DNA from: Gemmatimonadota bacterium
GTDB taxonomy: Bacteria > Gemmatimonadota > Gemmatimonadetes > Gemmatimonadales > GWC2-71-9
NCBI GenBank assembly: GCA_003221005.1
Contig: QHTZ01000085.1
Coordinates: forward strand, 1-47,628
Reading direction: 5' to 3'
Length of the DNA stretch: 47,628 bases
Shown: one piece after another, positions 29,102 to 37,816 of the stretch
How positions within the stretch are numbered: position 1 is the first letter of the stretch
Layout: each line of letters begins with the position of its first letter
Translations under genes and position numbers: made by a program
Notes under the pieces: model-generated
What the model was told of the DNA's origin: nothing
Seen by the model: only the letters and a program-made list of their open reading frames with translations
Database searches by the model: none

Positions 29102-30717
29102 CCAGCGATCCCCCCCGAGCCCCGAGCGCCCCCTCCAACCGGCGCGGCGCGGCGCCCCCGCGGCGTTAGGAGCGCCACCGGCAGGATCATTTCTTCCGGA
29201 GTCACGCCGCCGTGCAGGAAGGAGCCCCGGTAGCGTGCCTGGTACTCGCGTAGCTTGGTGGGATAGACGAAGAAGCGGTCGCCGGTCGCGAGCAGCAGCC
29301 GGACGCCGAGGCCCATCCCCGGTAGCCCCCAGGCCTTGAGGTCCGGGACCGCGATCGCCGCCTCGGGATCTTCGGCCCGCAGATCCTCGCCGAACTTGTA
29401 CCTCAGGTTGGCAGTCGCGTCCCGCTTCGCGTACACCGTCGCAGGTGTCTCGCAGTGGATGGAGCCGTGGTCGGTGGTCACCAGGACCGTGACGCCGCGC
29501 CGTTCCGCCTCCTGGAGGGCAGCGAGCACGGGCGAGCGCTCGAACCAGGTGCGGGTCACCCCCCGCAACGCCGCATCGTCCCGGGCGACCTCATAAAGGA
29601 TGGCGCTCTCCGAGCGGCCGTGCGTCAGCTGATCGATGAAGTTGAACACCAGGGCGGTGACGCCGTCCTGGGCCAGGTGCGCGGGCAGGCGGCGCAGCAG
29701 ATCGGCGCCGTCGGCGGCCGTGAACAGCTTCTCGTAGCGCACCGGGACAGGCCGGCCCACGAGCTCCGCGAGCTGCTCTGTCAGGAGCTCCGCCTCGTGC
29801 GCGTTCAGGCTTTCCTCGTCCGAGGCGTGGCCCCACCAGGAGGGGTGGCGCGCCGCGATCTCCATGGGAAAGAGCCCGCTGAAGATCGAGTTGCGGGCGA
29901 ACGGCGTGGCCGTAGGGAGGATGCTGAAGTAGTGCGACTCTTCCACCTCGAAGAGCGGCGTCACGAGATCGCGCAACACTTCCCACTGGTCCAGCCGCAG
30001 GCAGTCGATCACCAGGAGCAGCACACGGCTCGTGGACTTGAAGAGCGGCACCAGGAATTCCGCCCCCACGTCCACCGAGAGCGGCGGCCGGTCACCTTCA
30101 GGGTCCGCGAGCCAGCGGGGATACTCGCGCGTCACGTACGTGGCGAAGTCCTTGCGCAGGCTGTGCTGCAGGTTGCGCAGCGCCTCCGACAGGCCAGGCT
30201 CCTGGGCGCCCGCGAGGCGCACCTCCCATTGGGCCAGCTCCGCCACCAGCTCGATCCATTCCCGCCATCCGAGCGCCCCGCCGCGGCGCCCCTCGAGCTC
30301 GCGGAACCGCGTCACGAAGTCCCGCGCCAAGCGCTGCTGGCGGATGCGGTCGCCTTCGAGCAGCCGGGTCACGACGGAGAGCACCTGGCGCGGCTGTACG
30401 GGCTTCACGAGGTAGTCCGCAACCTCGAGACCGATGGCGTCGCGCAGCGTGCCCTCGTCCTCGCTCTGCGTCACCATCACCACGGGCATCGCGGGGTCGA
30501 TCGCGCGGATCTCGGCGAGCAGCTCGAGGCCGCGGCGGCCGGGCATCTGCTCGTCGAGCAAGACGACGCTGTAGGGCCGGCGTCGCAGCAGCGCGAGCGC
30601 GTCGTCGCCGTGCGCGGCCTGCTCGATCGCGAATCCCTGGGCCTCGAGGAAGCGGCGGTGCGCCGCGAGACCGTCGATCTCGTCGTCGACCCACAGAATG
30701 CTCTTCGGACGCGGCAT
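29098..30717 (-). CDS. PorX-like response regulator (REC + PglZ/alkaline-phosphatase-like domain)
   Basis: WVDDE, LLDEQMPG; IDCLR, LPTATPFARN, DQLTH, TTDHG, HGG. Confidence 0.88.
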   Translation of the reverse strand: MPRPKSILWVDDEIDGLAAHRRFLEAQGFAIEQAAHGDDALALLRRRPYSVVLLDEQMPGRRGLELLAEIRAIDPAMPVVMVTQSEDEGTLRDAIGLEVADYLVKPVQPRQVLSVVTRLLEGDRIRQQRLARDFVTRFRELEGRRGGALGWREWIELVAELAQWEVRLAGAQEPGLSEALRNLQHSLRKDFATYVTREYPRWLADPEGDRPPLSVDVGAEFLVPLFKSTSRVLLLVIDCLRLDQWEVLRDLVTPLFEVEESHYFSILPTATPFARNSIFSGLFPMEIAARHPSWWGHASDEESLNAHEAELLTEQLAELVGRPVPVRYEKLFTAADGADLLRRLPAHLAQDGVTALVFNFIDQLTHGRSESAILYEVARDDAALRGVTRTWFERSPVLAALQEAERRGVTVLVTTDHGSIHCETPATVYAKRDATANLRYKFGEDLRAEDPEAAIAVPDLKAWGLPGMGLGVRLLLATGDRFFVYPTKLREYQARYRGSFLHGGVTPEEMILPVALLTPRGRRAAPVGGGARGSGGIAG

Positions 30718-30777
30718 CGTTTGCCTAAGCTAAACCCGACTGGCGAACCCGGGCAACGTGAGGCTAACATTGGCCGC

Positions 30778-31773
30778 GTGCTGTGCGTCCTCCTGGTGCG
30801 CTTCAGTTCCATCGGCGACATCCTCCTCACCACGCCGCTTGTCCGGGCTCTGGCGCGCCGCCACCCCGACGCGAAGCTCGTCTACGTCACGAAGCGGGCG
30901 ATGGTACCGCTCGTCGCCGATCACCCGGACCTCGCCGCGGTCGTCGCCCTCGAGCCCGATGAACCGGTCCGTCACCTCGCCCGGCGCCTCCGCACCCTCG
31001 CGCCCACGCACGGACTCGATCTCCACGGCAACCCGCGCAGCGCCACGCTGCGGCTGCTGGTCCGCTGCCGCTGGTCCGGGTACAGCAAGCGCAAGCTCGC
31101 CCGCACGCTCCTGATCTCCGTCGGGGTCGATGTGTACGACCGGCGCGTCCCCGTCGCGGAGCGCTACTTCGAGGCGGCGCGCGCACTCGACGTCCGGCCC
31201 GATGGAGGACCGCCGCAGTTCTTCCTCAGCCAGGGTGCGAGGGACCGCGTGGCCCGCTGGCTCGCGGAGAAGGGGCTCGCCGGCGCCCCGCTCGCCGCGC
31301 TCGCTCCCGGCGCGACGCACGCCACCAAGCGGTGGCCGCTCGCCCACTGGATCGCGCTCGCGCAGCGGCTGCGCGCGGCGGGCCACCGCCCGATCGTGCT
31401 CGGGGGACCGGACGACCGCGGCATCGCTCTGCAGCTCGCAACCGGAGGAGCGGCCGACAGTGCCGTGGGGGAGTTTTCGCTCCAGGAGACGGGCGCGCTG
31501 CTCGCGGGAGCCCGGGTGCTCGTTTCGGGCGACACCGGCGTCATGCACATGGCGACGGGTGTGGGCACCCCGGTGGTCGCGCTGTTCGGCCCCACGGTCG
31601 AGCACTTCGGGTTCTTCCCGTATCGCGCGCCGTCCGTCGTGCTCCAGCGCGACCTCGGGTGCCGTCCCTGCTCGTCCACGGGCACGCCGACGTGTCCGCT
31701 CGGCCATCATCGCTGCCTCGTGGACGTCGCTCCCGCCGACGTCGCCGACGCCGTGGAGCGCTGCGTGGCATGA
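30778..31773 (+). CDS. waaF: GT9 LPS heptosyltransferase (WaaF/RfaF-like)
   Basis: RFSSIGDILLTTP, PGA...KRWP, SGDTGVMHMA, ALFGPT, C.PCS...CP.GHHRC. Confidence 0.85.
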   Translation: MLCVLLVRFSSIGDILLTTPLVRALARRHPDAKLVYVTKRAMVPLVADHPDLAAVVALEPDEPVRHLARRLRTLAPTHGLDLHGNPRSATLRLLVRCRWSGYSKRKLARTLLISVGVDVYDRRVPVAERYFEAARALDVRPDGGPPQFFLSQGARDRVARWLAEKGLAGAPLAALAPGATHATKRWPLAHWIALAQRLRAAGHRPIVLGGPDDRGIALQLATGGAADSAVGEFSLQETGALLAGARVLVSGDTGVMHMATGVGTPVVALFGPTVEHFGFFPYRAPSVVLQRDLGCRPCSSTGTPTCPLGHHRCLVDVAPADVADAVERCVA

Positions 31774-32147
31774 CGGGGGCGACCACGGCGAGCGAGGTGC
31801 GGCTCATCGCCCTCATCGCCGAGGCCGCCCGCGGCCCCGAGCGCGACGGCCTGTTCGCGCTCTGGCTCGTGCTGCGCGCGGCCGAAGGCCTGCTCCCACC
31901 CACGCCGGTTTCCAGCCGCAACCACCGCCGCCGCCTCCAGGCGCTGCAGAGCCGCCTCGCGACGCTGGCGCTGCCGGCGCCGCTCCAGCGCGCGCTCGCC
32001 GCCGCCGGAGCGCACCTCGAGCCTGCGACGCCTGCGGCTGCGGCGCTGGTGCTGTCCCAGCTTGTGGCGCCCGCCCGGGAGGTGCTGGGGCCGGAAGCGG
32101 GCGAGGCTGTCGCCGTTGCGGCGCGGTCGGCCCGCATACATTTATAG
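31770..32147 (+). CDS. Hypothetical helical protein (125 aa)
   Basis: ATGA overlap with the waaF stop; high-GC3 codon usage; fills the gap to the dnaB-like gene. Confidence 0.7.
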   Translation: MTGATTASEVRLIALIAEAARGPERDGLFALWLVLRAAEGLLPPTPVSSRNHRRRLQALQSRLATLALPAPLQRALAAAGAHLEPATPAAAALVLSQLVAPAREVLGPEAGEAVAVAARSARIHL

Positions 32148-32182
32148 TCCTGTGACCACCCGTATAGTCCTGTGACCACCCG
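32143..32182 (+). repeat. Perfect 20-bp tandem duplication TATAGTCCTGTGACCACCCG x2
   Basis: Read directly: 32143-32162 equals 32163-32182. Confidence 0.95.
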
Positions 32183-33044
32183 CCGCCTCGCCAAACCCGC
32201 CTCGCTCGAGTCCATCGTCGAGCGCGTGGATCAACAGCGCCCGGGCGAGATCACGGGCGACACGATCCCCACCGGGTTCCCATCGGTAGACAAACTCCTG
32301 GGCGCGGGTGTCAGGCGCCGCGACCTCATCGTGCTCGGCGGCGACATCGGGGCGGGGAAATCCGCCCTGGCCCTGGGCGTCGCGCTGCGCGTCGCCCAGC
32401 AGGGACTCGGCGTCGCCTACCTGTCGGGCGAGATGGACGTGGAGCGCCTGATGGAGCGAGCGCTCGCGATCGAAGGCCGCGTCACGGTGGACGAGCTCCG
32501 CAGCGCCCGGCTGAACGAGCAGGCCCGCGCCGGCATCGGGAGCGCGGCCGTGCGCCTGCGGGGGCTGCCGCTGGCGATCCTTCCCCTCGCCGCGCCCGAG
32601 CTCGAGACTGCGGTCGAGCGGCTCGATGTCTTGCGCCAGCTCGCTCTGGTGGTGGTCGACTACTTACAGCTGGTGCCCCCGCCGGCAGGGCGCCCGCCCC
32701 AAATCCAGGACGAGGACATCGCGCTGGTGCTGCGCCGCCTCAAGGCGCTCGCCCTGGAGCGGCAGGTTGCGCTGCTGGTCGTCGCGCAGCTGCCGCGCTT
32801 CGACGCCGCGCGCGCGAACCCGCGACCCAATCTCGACGACTTCGGTCACCTGGGCGCGATCAAGCAGCACGCCGATGTCGTGCTGACCCTGTTCCGCGAG
32901 GAGATGTACCACCCCGGAGGCGGTGTGGACGGCGCGACGGAGCTGATCGTGGCGAAGAACCGCAACGGCCCAACGGGGTTCGTAGACCTCTATTTCTACC
33001 GTCGCTGGATGCGGTTCGAGGACATGCTCGACCCAGACCGCTGA
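32172..33044 (+). CDS. DnaB-like helicase, C-terminal ATPase domain only
   Basis: IPTGF..D, Walker A GDIGAGKS, SGEM, VVDYLQL, VAQL, IVAKNRNGPTG; no N-terminal domain. Confidence 0.85.
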   Translation: MTTRRLAKPASLESIVERVDQQRPGEITGDTIPTGFPSVDKLLGAGVRRRDLIVLGGDIGAGKSALALGVALRVAQQGLGVAYLSGEMDVERLMERALAIEGRVTVDELRSARLNEQARAGIGSAAVRLRGLPLAILPLAAPELETAVERLDVLRQLALVVVDYLQLVPPPAGRPPQIQDEDIALVLRRLKALALERQVALLVVAQLPRFDAARANPRPNLDDFGHLGAIKQHADVVLTLFREEMYHPGGGVDGATELIVAKNRNGPTGFVDLYFYRRWMRFEDMLDPDR

Positions 33045-33493
33045 GCGGAGCGGGCGGGCGGGGATGGGGGTGGGGGTGGGGATGGGGGTGCGACGGCTGA
33101 GTCGCGCGGCAGCTGGGCGCCGATGAGCGTGTAGGTCGTGCCGGAACCGCCCGCCGTGGCCTGCAACGTGATCCACAGGGGCCGCCGTCCTTTCTCGGCG
33201 TAAATCGACACGCTGCCGTCGGTCATCACGCCGTCACTCCGCAGATCCCACCCGTTCAGACGAAGCATCTGGCGGTACCAGGTTGCCACATCGGTCACGG
33301 GCGCGGCCGTCGCGAGCGTCGCCTGCGCCGCGTCCTGCCCCGCTGAAACGCGGACCACGGTGGAGCGAGGGTACGCCAGGATGCCGCTCAGCAGCTGCGC
33401 CGTGAACTCGCGCTCCTTGCTCTGATCGGCGGCACGCTCGCACCCGGCGGTGCAGACGCCGACGACCCAGACGAGCGCGAGCAAGCGCGACAT
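32996..33493 (-). CDS. Hypothetical lipoprotein
   Basis: Signal peptide with lipobox TAG-C; VATWYR..L..NGW motif. Confidence 0.7.
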   Translation of the reverse strand: MSRLLALVWVVGVCTAGCERAADQSKEREFTAQLLSGILAYPRSTVVRVSAGQDAAQATLATAAPVTDVATWYRQMLRLNGWDLRSDGVMTDGSVSIYAEKGRRPLWITLQATAGGSGTTYTLIGAQLPRDSAVAPPSPPPPPSPPARSAQRSGSSMSSNRIQRR

Positions 33494-33555
33494 GGCGGCA
33501 TCCTAGCGGTGGCGTGCGGGGCGGGTCAAGTTGTAGTTTGAAGCACGGGGTGCCC

Positions 33556-34305
33556 ATGGCCGGTCACAGTAAATGGAAGCAGATCAAGAGAAAAAAGGCC
33601 GTCACGGACCAGAAGCGCGGCGCCGTCTTCACCAGGCTGATCCGTGAAATCACCATCGCCGCACGCCAGGGGGGCGGCGACCCCGACGGCAACGCCCGGC
33701 TCCGCACCGCCATCGAGGCCGCCAAGGCCGAGAACATGCCGCTCGACAACATCGAGCGCGCCATCAAGAAGGGCACCGGAGAGCTCGAAGGGATCCAGTA
33801 CGAAGAGGTGACCTATGAGGCCTACGGGCCCGGAGGCGCCGCGATCTTCATCGAGGCGACCACCGACAACGCCAACCGCACCGTCGCGGAGATCCGTCAC
33901 GTCTTCACCCGTTTCGGGGGCAACCTCGGCGCCGCGAACTCGGTGGCGTGGATGTTCGACCGCAAGGCGCAGATCACGGTGGACGCGACCAAGGCCGACG
34001 AAGATGCGACGCTCGAGGCGGCGCTCGACGCGGGCGCCGAAGACGTGATCCGCGACGGCGACACTTTCCTCATCACGGCGCCTCCCGCCCAGCTGCATGC
34101 GGTGCAGGACCGGCTCAAGGCCAAAAAGATTCCGGTGCAGGGTGCGGAGATCGCGATGCTCCCGAAGAGCCACGTGAAGATCGAGGGGAAAGACGCTCAG
34201 CACCTACTCCGGCTGATCGAGGCTCTCGAAGAGATGGACGACGTCGCCAAGGTCCACTCCAACTTCGACATTGACGCCGAGGCGATGGCGGCGGTGACCG
34301 GGTGA
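33556..34305 (+). CDS. yebC: YebC/PmpR family protein
   Basis: MAGHSKW, YEAYGPGG, TDNANRT; upstream of ruvC. Confidence 0.96.
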   Translation: MAGHSKWKQIKRKKAVTDQKRGAVFTRLIREITIAARQGGGDPDGNARLRTAIEAAKAENMPLDNIERAIKKGTGELEGIQYEEVTYEAYGPGGAAIFIEATTDNANRTVAEIRHVFTRFGGNLGAANSVAWMFDRKAQITVDATKADEDATLEAALDAGAEDVIRDGDTFLITAPPAQLHAVQDRLKAKKIPVQGAEIAMLPKSHVKIEGKDAQHLLRLIEALEEMDDVAKVHSNFDIDAEAMAAVTG

Positions 34306-34306
34306 C

Positions 34307-34792
34307 GTGAGGGTGCTGGGGGTCGACCCGGGCACGTCGGTCACCGGATATGGGGTGGTCGACGTCGGCGACGGGAATGGAGCCCCTCCCCTGCCTGGGC
34401 GACTCGTCGAATGCGGCACCATTACCCTCGCGTCCCGCGCCCCGCTCGCCCGGCGCCTGCAGCAGTTGCATGAGGGCATCGCCGACCTCATCCTTCGCCA
34501 CCGCCCCACTACGCTCGCGCTGGAAGACGCCTTCCTTCAGAAGAACGTCCGCACCACGCTCGTCCTCGGGCACGCCAGGGGCGTGGTCCTGCTCGCCGCC
34601 CAGCAGGCGGGGCTGAACATCTTTCATTACCCGCCCGCGACGATCAAGAAGACCGTGGCCGGCGCCGGAGCCGCGCGTAAGGCGCAGGTCGCGATGATGG
34701 TTGCCCGGCTGTTGCGTCTGGCGCACCCTCCGCGACCGGCGGACGCGGCCGACGGTGTGGCGGTCGCCCTGACGCACATCCTCCGCGCGTGA
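34307..34792 (+). CDS. ruvC: Holliday junction resolvase
   Basis: LGVDPG, E, LGHARGV, IKK, DAADGVAVALTH. Confidence 0.95.
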   Translation: MRVLGVDPGTSVTGYGVVDVGDGNGAPPLPGRLVECGTITLASRAPLARRLQQLHEGIADLILRHRPTTLALEDAFLQKNVRTTLVLGHARGVVLLAAQQAGLNIFHYPPATIKKTVAGAGAARKAQVAMMVARLLRLAHPPRPADAADGVAVALTHILRA

Positions 34793-35412
34793 TCGCGCAC
34801 GTGAGCGGCCGCCTGGCGGCCAAGCAGGTGGACCGCGTGGTGGTGCAGACCGCGGGCGGGGTCGGTTACGAGGTCGTAGTGCCGCTCGGCGTGATGGACC
34901 GGCTCCCCGCGGTGGGCGAGCCGGTGACGCTCGCCACCGAGCTGGTGGTGCGTGAAGACGGCTGGGCGCTGTACGGCTTTCTCGATCCTGCGGAGCGACG
35001 CTTCTTCCAGCGGCTGACCACCGTCTCGGGCGTCGGTCCACGGCTCGCCGTGTCGCTGCTGTCGGCGCTGGGCGTCGCCCGCGGTGCCCGTGCCGTGACC
35101 GAGCGGAACATCGGCCTCCTCTCCTCGGTGAGCGGGATCGGGAAGAAGACCGCCGAGCGGTTGGTGCTTGAACTCGCTGACAAGGTCGGCGAGTTTGTGG
35201 ACGCGGACGGGGGGCGGGCGGAAGCGGCAGGGGGCGGGGGCGGGGGCGGGGACGGGGGCGCCGCCGAGACCGCGCTCAAGGCGCTGGAGCGACTCGGGTA
35301 CAGCACGGCTGAGGCGGACGACGCGCTGCGGCAGGTGCTGGCGGCCGACGCCAGCGCCGGTTCGGCGGACGCTCTGCTACGCCGCGCCCTTCACCTTCTT
35401 ACCAGCGGATGA
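34789..35412 (+). CDS. ruvA: Holliday junction branch migration protein
   Basis: GGVGY, VREDG..LYGF, GVGPR, GIGKKTAERL, LGY. Confidence 0.95.
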   Translation: MIAHVSGRLAAKQVDRVVVQTAGGVGYEVVVPLGVMDRLPAVGEPVTLATELVVREDGWALYGFLDPAERRFFQRLTTVSGVGPRLAVSLLSALGVARGARAVTERNIGLLSSVSGIGKKTAERLVLELADKVGEFVDADGGRAEAAGGGGGGGDGGAAETALKALERLGYSTAEADDALRQVLAADASAGSADALLRRALHLLTSG

Positions 35413-35414
35413 GC

Positions 35415-35579
35415 ATGGCGCAGACCGCGGAATGGATCTGCACGCGCTGCGGCTCGACCAACCGCCGCCTCGTGGCGGACGGCGCGACGCGGGCCGACGA
35501 CGCGTGCGTCACCTGCCACGCCCACCATGTGCTCGAGGCCGACGCCCGCCCGGTGCGGTGGCGCGCGCGCCCAGCATGA
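35415..35579 (+). CDS. Small Zn-ribbon-like protein (54 aa), absent from ORF track
   Basis: Translated by hand: [54 protein letters not shown]; starts 2 nt after the ruvA stop. Confidence 0.75.
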   Translation: MAQTAEWICTRCGSTNRRLVADGATRADDACVTCHAHHVLEADARPVRWRARPA

Positions 35580-35610
35580 GCGAGCACGCTCGCGCCGCCG
35601 CGCGCCCGGT

Positions 35611-36654
35611 ATGACCCGCGGCCGACCCCAGATCACGACCCCCGAGGCGTTGCCGGACGAGCGCTCCGCCGAGACCGCGCTGCGCCCCTCGCGGCTGGAC
35701 GAGTTCGTCGGCCAGGCTAAGGTCAAAGAGTCGCTCCAGATCGCGATCGACGCGGCGAAGCACCGCAAAGAGCCGCTCGACCACGCGCTGTTCTTCGGGC
35801 CCCCCGGCCTCGGCAAGACGACGCTCGCGCTCCTGATGGCGAAGGAGCTGGGCGTCGGCATCCGCACCACCTCGGGACCGGTGCTCGAGCGCCCCGGAGA
35901 TCTCGTCGGCATGCTCACGTCCCTTCGCGCCGGCGACATCCTCTTCATCGACGAGGTACACCGGCTGCGGCCCGCGCTCGAAGAGTTCCTGTATCCCGCG
36001 ATGGAGGAGTTTCGGGTGGACGTGCGCGTGGCGGACGGGGGCGGCGCCCGCGCGCAGACGATTCCGATGGCGCTCGAGCGCTTCACGCTGATCGGCGCGA
36101 CCACCCGCTTTGGCCTGCTCACGCCGCCGATGCGCGCGCGCTTCGGGCTGATCGAGCGGCTCCATTACTACCCGCCCGACGACATCGCCCAGATCCTGAC
36201 TCGCTCGGCCCGCATCCTCGGGGTGCCGACCGATCCGGCGGGCACCACCGAGATCGCGCGCCGCAGCAGAGGCACGCCGCGCGTGGCGAACCGGCTGCTG
36301 AAGCGCGTGCGCGACTACGCGCAGGTGCGCGCCGACGGCAAGATCACCGCTGCCGTCGCCGCCGAGGCGCTGAAGCGGCTCGACGTGGACGAGTTTGGGC
36401 TCGACGACATGGATGCGCGCATCCTCAAGGCGATCATCGAGCAGTTCGAGGGCGGCCCCGTGGGTGTGGCGACCGTGGCCGCCGCCGTCGGCGAAGATCC
36501 CGGGACGCTCGAGGAGGTGTACGAGCCGTTCCTGATGCAGCAGGGCTTCCTCGCCCGCACGCCGCGCGGCCGCTGCGCCACGGCGAGCGCGTACAGGCAC
36601 TTTGGATTTCCACCGCCCAAGAGCGCAGAGCAGCCGTCGATCTTCGAGAGTTAA
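35611..36654 (+). CDS. ruvB: Holliday junction DNA helicase
   Basis: LRP...[42 protein letters not shown]. Confidence 0.97.
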   Translation: MTRGRPQITTPEALPDERSAETALRPSRLDEFVGQAKVKESLQIAIDAAKHRKEPLDHALFFGPPGLGKTTLALLMAKELGVGIRTTSGPVLERPGDLVGMLTSLRAGDILFIDEVHRLRPALEEFLYPAMEEFRVDVRVADGGGARAQTIPMALERFTLIGATTRFGLLTPPMRARFGLIERLHYYPPDDIAQILTRSARILGVPTDPAGTTEIARRSRGTPRVANRLLKRVRDYAQVRADGKITAAVAAEALKRLDVDEFGLDDMDARILKAIIEQFEGGPVGVATVAAAVGEDPGTLEEVYEPFLMQQGFLARTPRGRCATASAYRHFGFPPPKSAEQPSIFES

Positions 36655-36767
36655 TGCGGAATGCGGAATTCGGAATGCGGAATTGATGGGCCAGGTTCGA
36701 AGCGCGTCACAACCGTTCGGCGCTCTTCCTGACATTCCGCATTCCGCACTCCGCTTTCCGCATTCTC
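36653..36767. repeat. Inverted heptamer arrays (AATGCGG)x4 ... (CATTCCG)x4-5
   Basis: 36653-36680 and 36733-36767 are mutually complementary, with a ~50-nt spacer. Confidence 0.92.
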
Positions 36768-36769
36768 TC

Positions 36770-37816
36770 ATGCGCGCCTCCGATTTCGACTACCAACTCC
36801 CCCCGGAGCTCATCGCTCAACACCCCCTCGCCGACCGCGCAGCGAGCCGGCTGCTGATCCTCGATCGCGCCACCGGGGCGATCCGGCATGCGCGGTTTCC
36901 GGACCTCGTGGACCTGGTCGCCCCCGCAGACGTGCTCGTCGTGAACGTGTCGCGGGTGATTCCGGCGAGACTCCACGGGAGGCGGGAAACGAGAAGCGGG
37001 AAACGTGTTGGCACGGCGGCAGCCGAGCTGTTGCTGGTGCGGGAGCTTTCCGACGGAACGTGGCTCGCGATGGGGCATCCCGGTGGCAAGTTGAAGGCCG
37101 GGCGTCGGGTCACGTTCGGCGACAACAGCGTTGTGGAGGTTGTGGAGGTGTTGGGGGGCGGTCTGCGCCGCGTGCGCTTCGTCGGCGCGCTGGACGCGGC
37201 CGCCGTGCTGGCGAAGCACGGTGAAGTCCCGCTGCCACCTTACATCCGCCGCGCGCCGCGGCCGGAGGATCGCGAGCGCTACCAGACGGTGTACGCCGAG
37301 CACGACGGCAGCGTGGCCGCGCCGACGGCGGGATTGCATTTCACGGATGAGCTGCTGGCGCGCGTCGAGCGGCGGGGGACGGCGCTCGCGAAGCTCGACC
37401 TGCACATCGGCCCCGGGACCTTCAAGCCGGTCGAGGTCGAGAATCTCGCCGCGCACCCGATGCATGCCGAGCATTACGCCGTCGGTCCCGAAGCGGCCGC
37501 CGCGGTCAACAGGAGGCGGGAAACGGGAGGGCGGGTCTGGGCGGTGGGGACGACGGTCGTGCGGACGCTCGAGACCGTGTCTGCAGCCGACGGGACGGTC
37601 CGGCCGGACGCGGGGGACACGAGCTTATTCATCTATCCTCCGTACACCTTCCGGGCGGTGGACAGGTTGGTCACCAACTTCCACCTTCCCCGCTCGACGC
37701 TGCTGATGCTGGTATGCGCCTTCGGAGGCTACGAGCACGTGATGCGGGCCTACCGGGAGGCGATTGAGCGTGGATATCGGTTTTACTCGTACGGCGATGC
37801 GATGGCGATCATCTAA
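36770..37816 (+). CDS. queA: S-adenosylmethionine:tRNA ribosyltransferase-isomerase
   Basis: DFDYQLP.ELIAQ, PLPPYI, YQTVYA, AAPTAGLHF, TNFHLPRSTL, FYSYGDAM. Confidence 0.97.
   Translation: MRASDFDYQLPPELIAQHPLADRAASRLLILDRATGAIRHARFPDLVDLVAPADVLVVNVSRVIPARLHGRRETRSGKRVGTAAAELLLVRELSDGTWLAMGHPGGKLKAGRRVTFGDNSVVEVVEVLGGGLRRVRFVGALDAAAVLAKHGEVPLPPYIRRAPRPEDRERYQTVYAEHDGSVAAPTAGLHFTDELLARVERRGTALAKLDLHIGPGTFKPVEVENLAAHPMHAEHYAVGPEAAAAVNRRRETGGRVWAVGTTVVRTLETVSAADGTVRPDAGDTSLFIYPPYTFRAVDRLVTNFHLPRSTLLMLVCAFGGYEHVMRAYREAIERGYRFYSYGDAMAII

Noticed and set aside
29098-30717. PglZ as a sign of a BREX defence system
   Set aside because: Fused to a REC domain (PorX type); no brxC, pglX or brxL nearby.
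36653-36767. CRISPR array
   Set aside because: Units are contiguous 7-mers with no unique spacers, and there are no cas genes.
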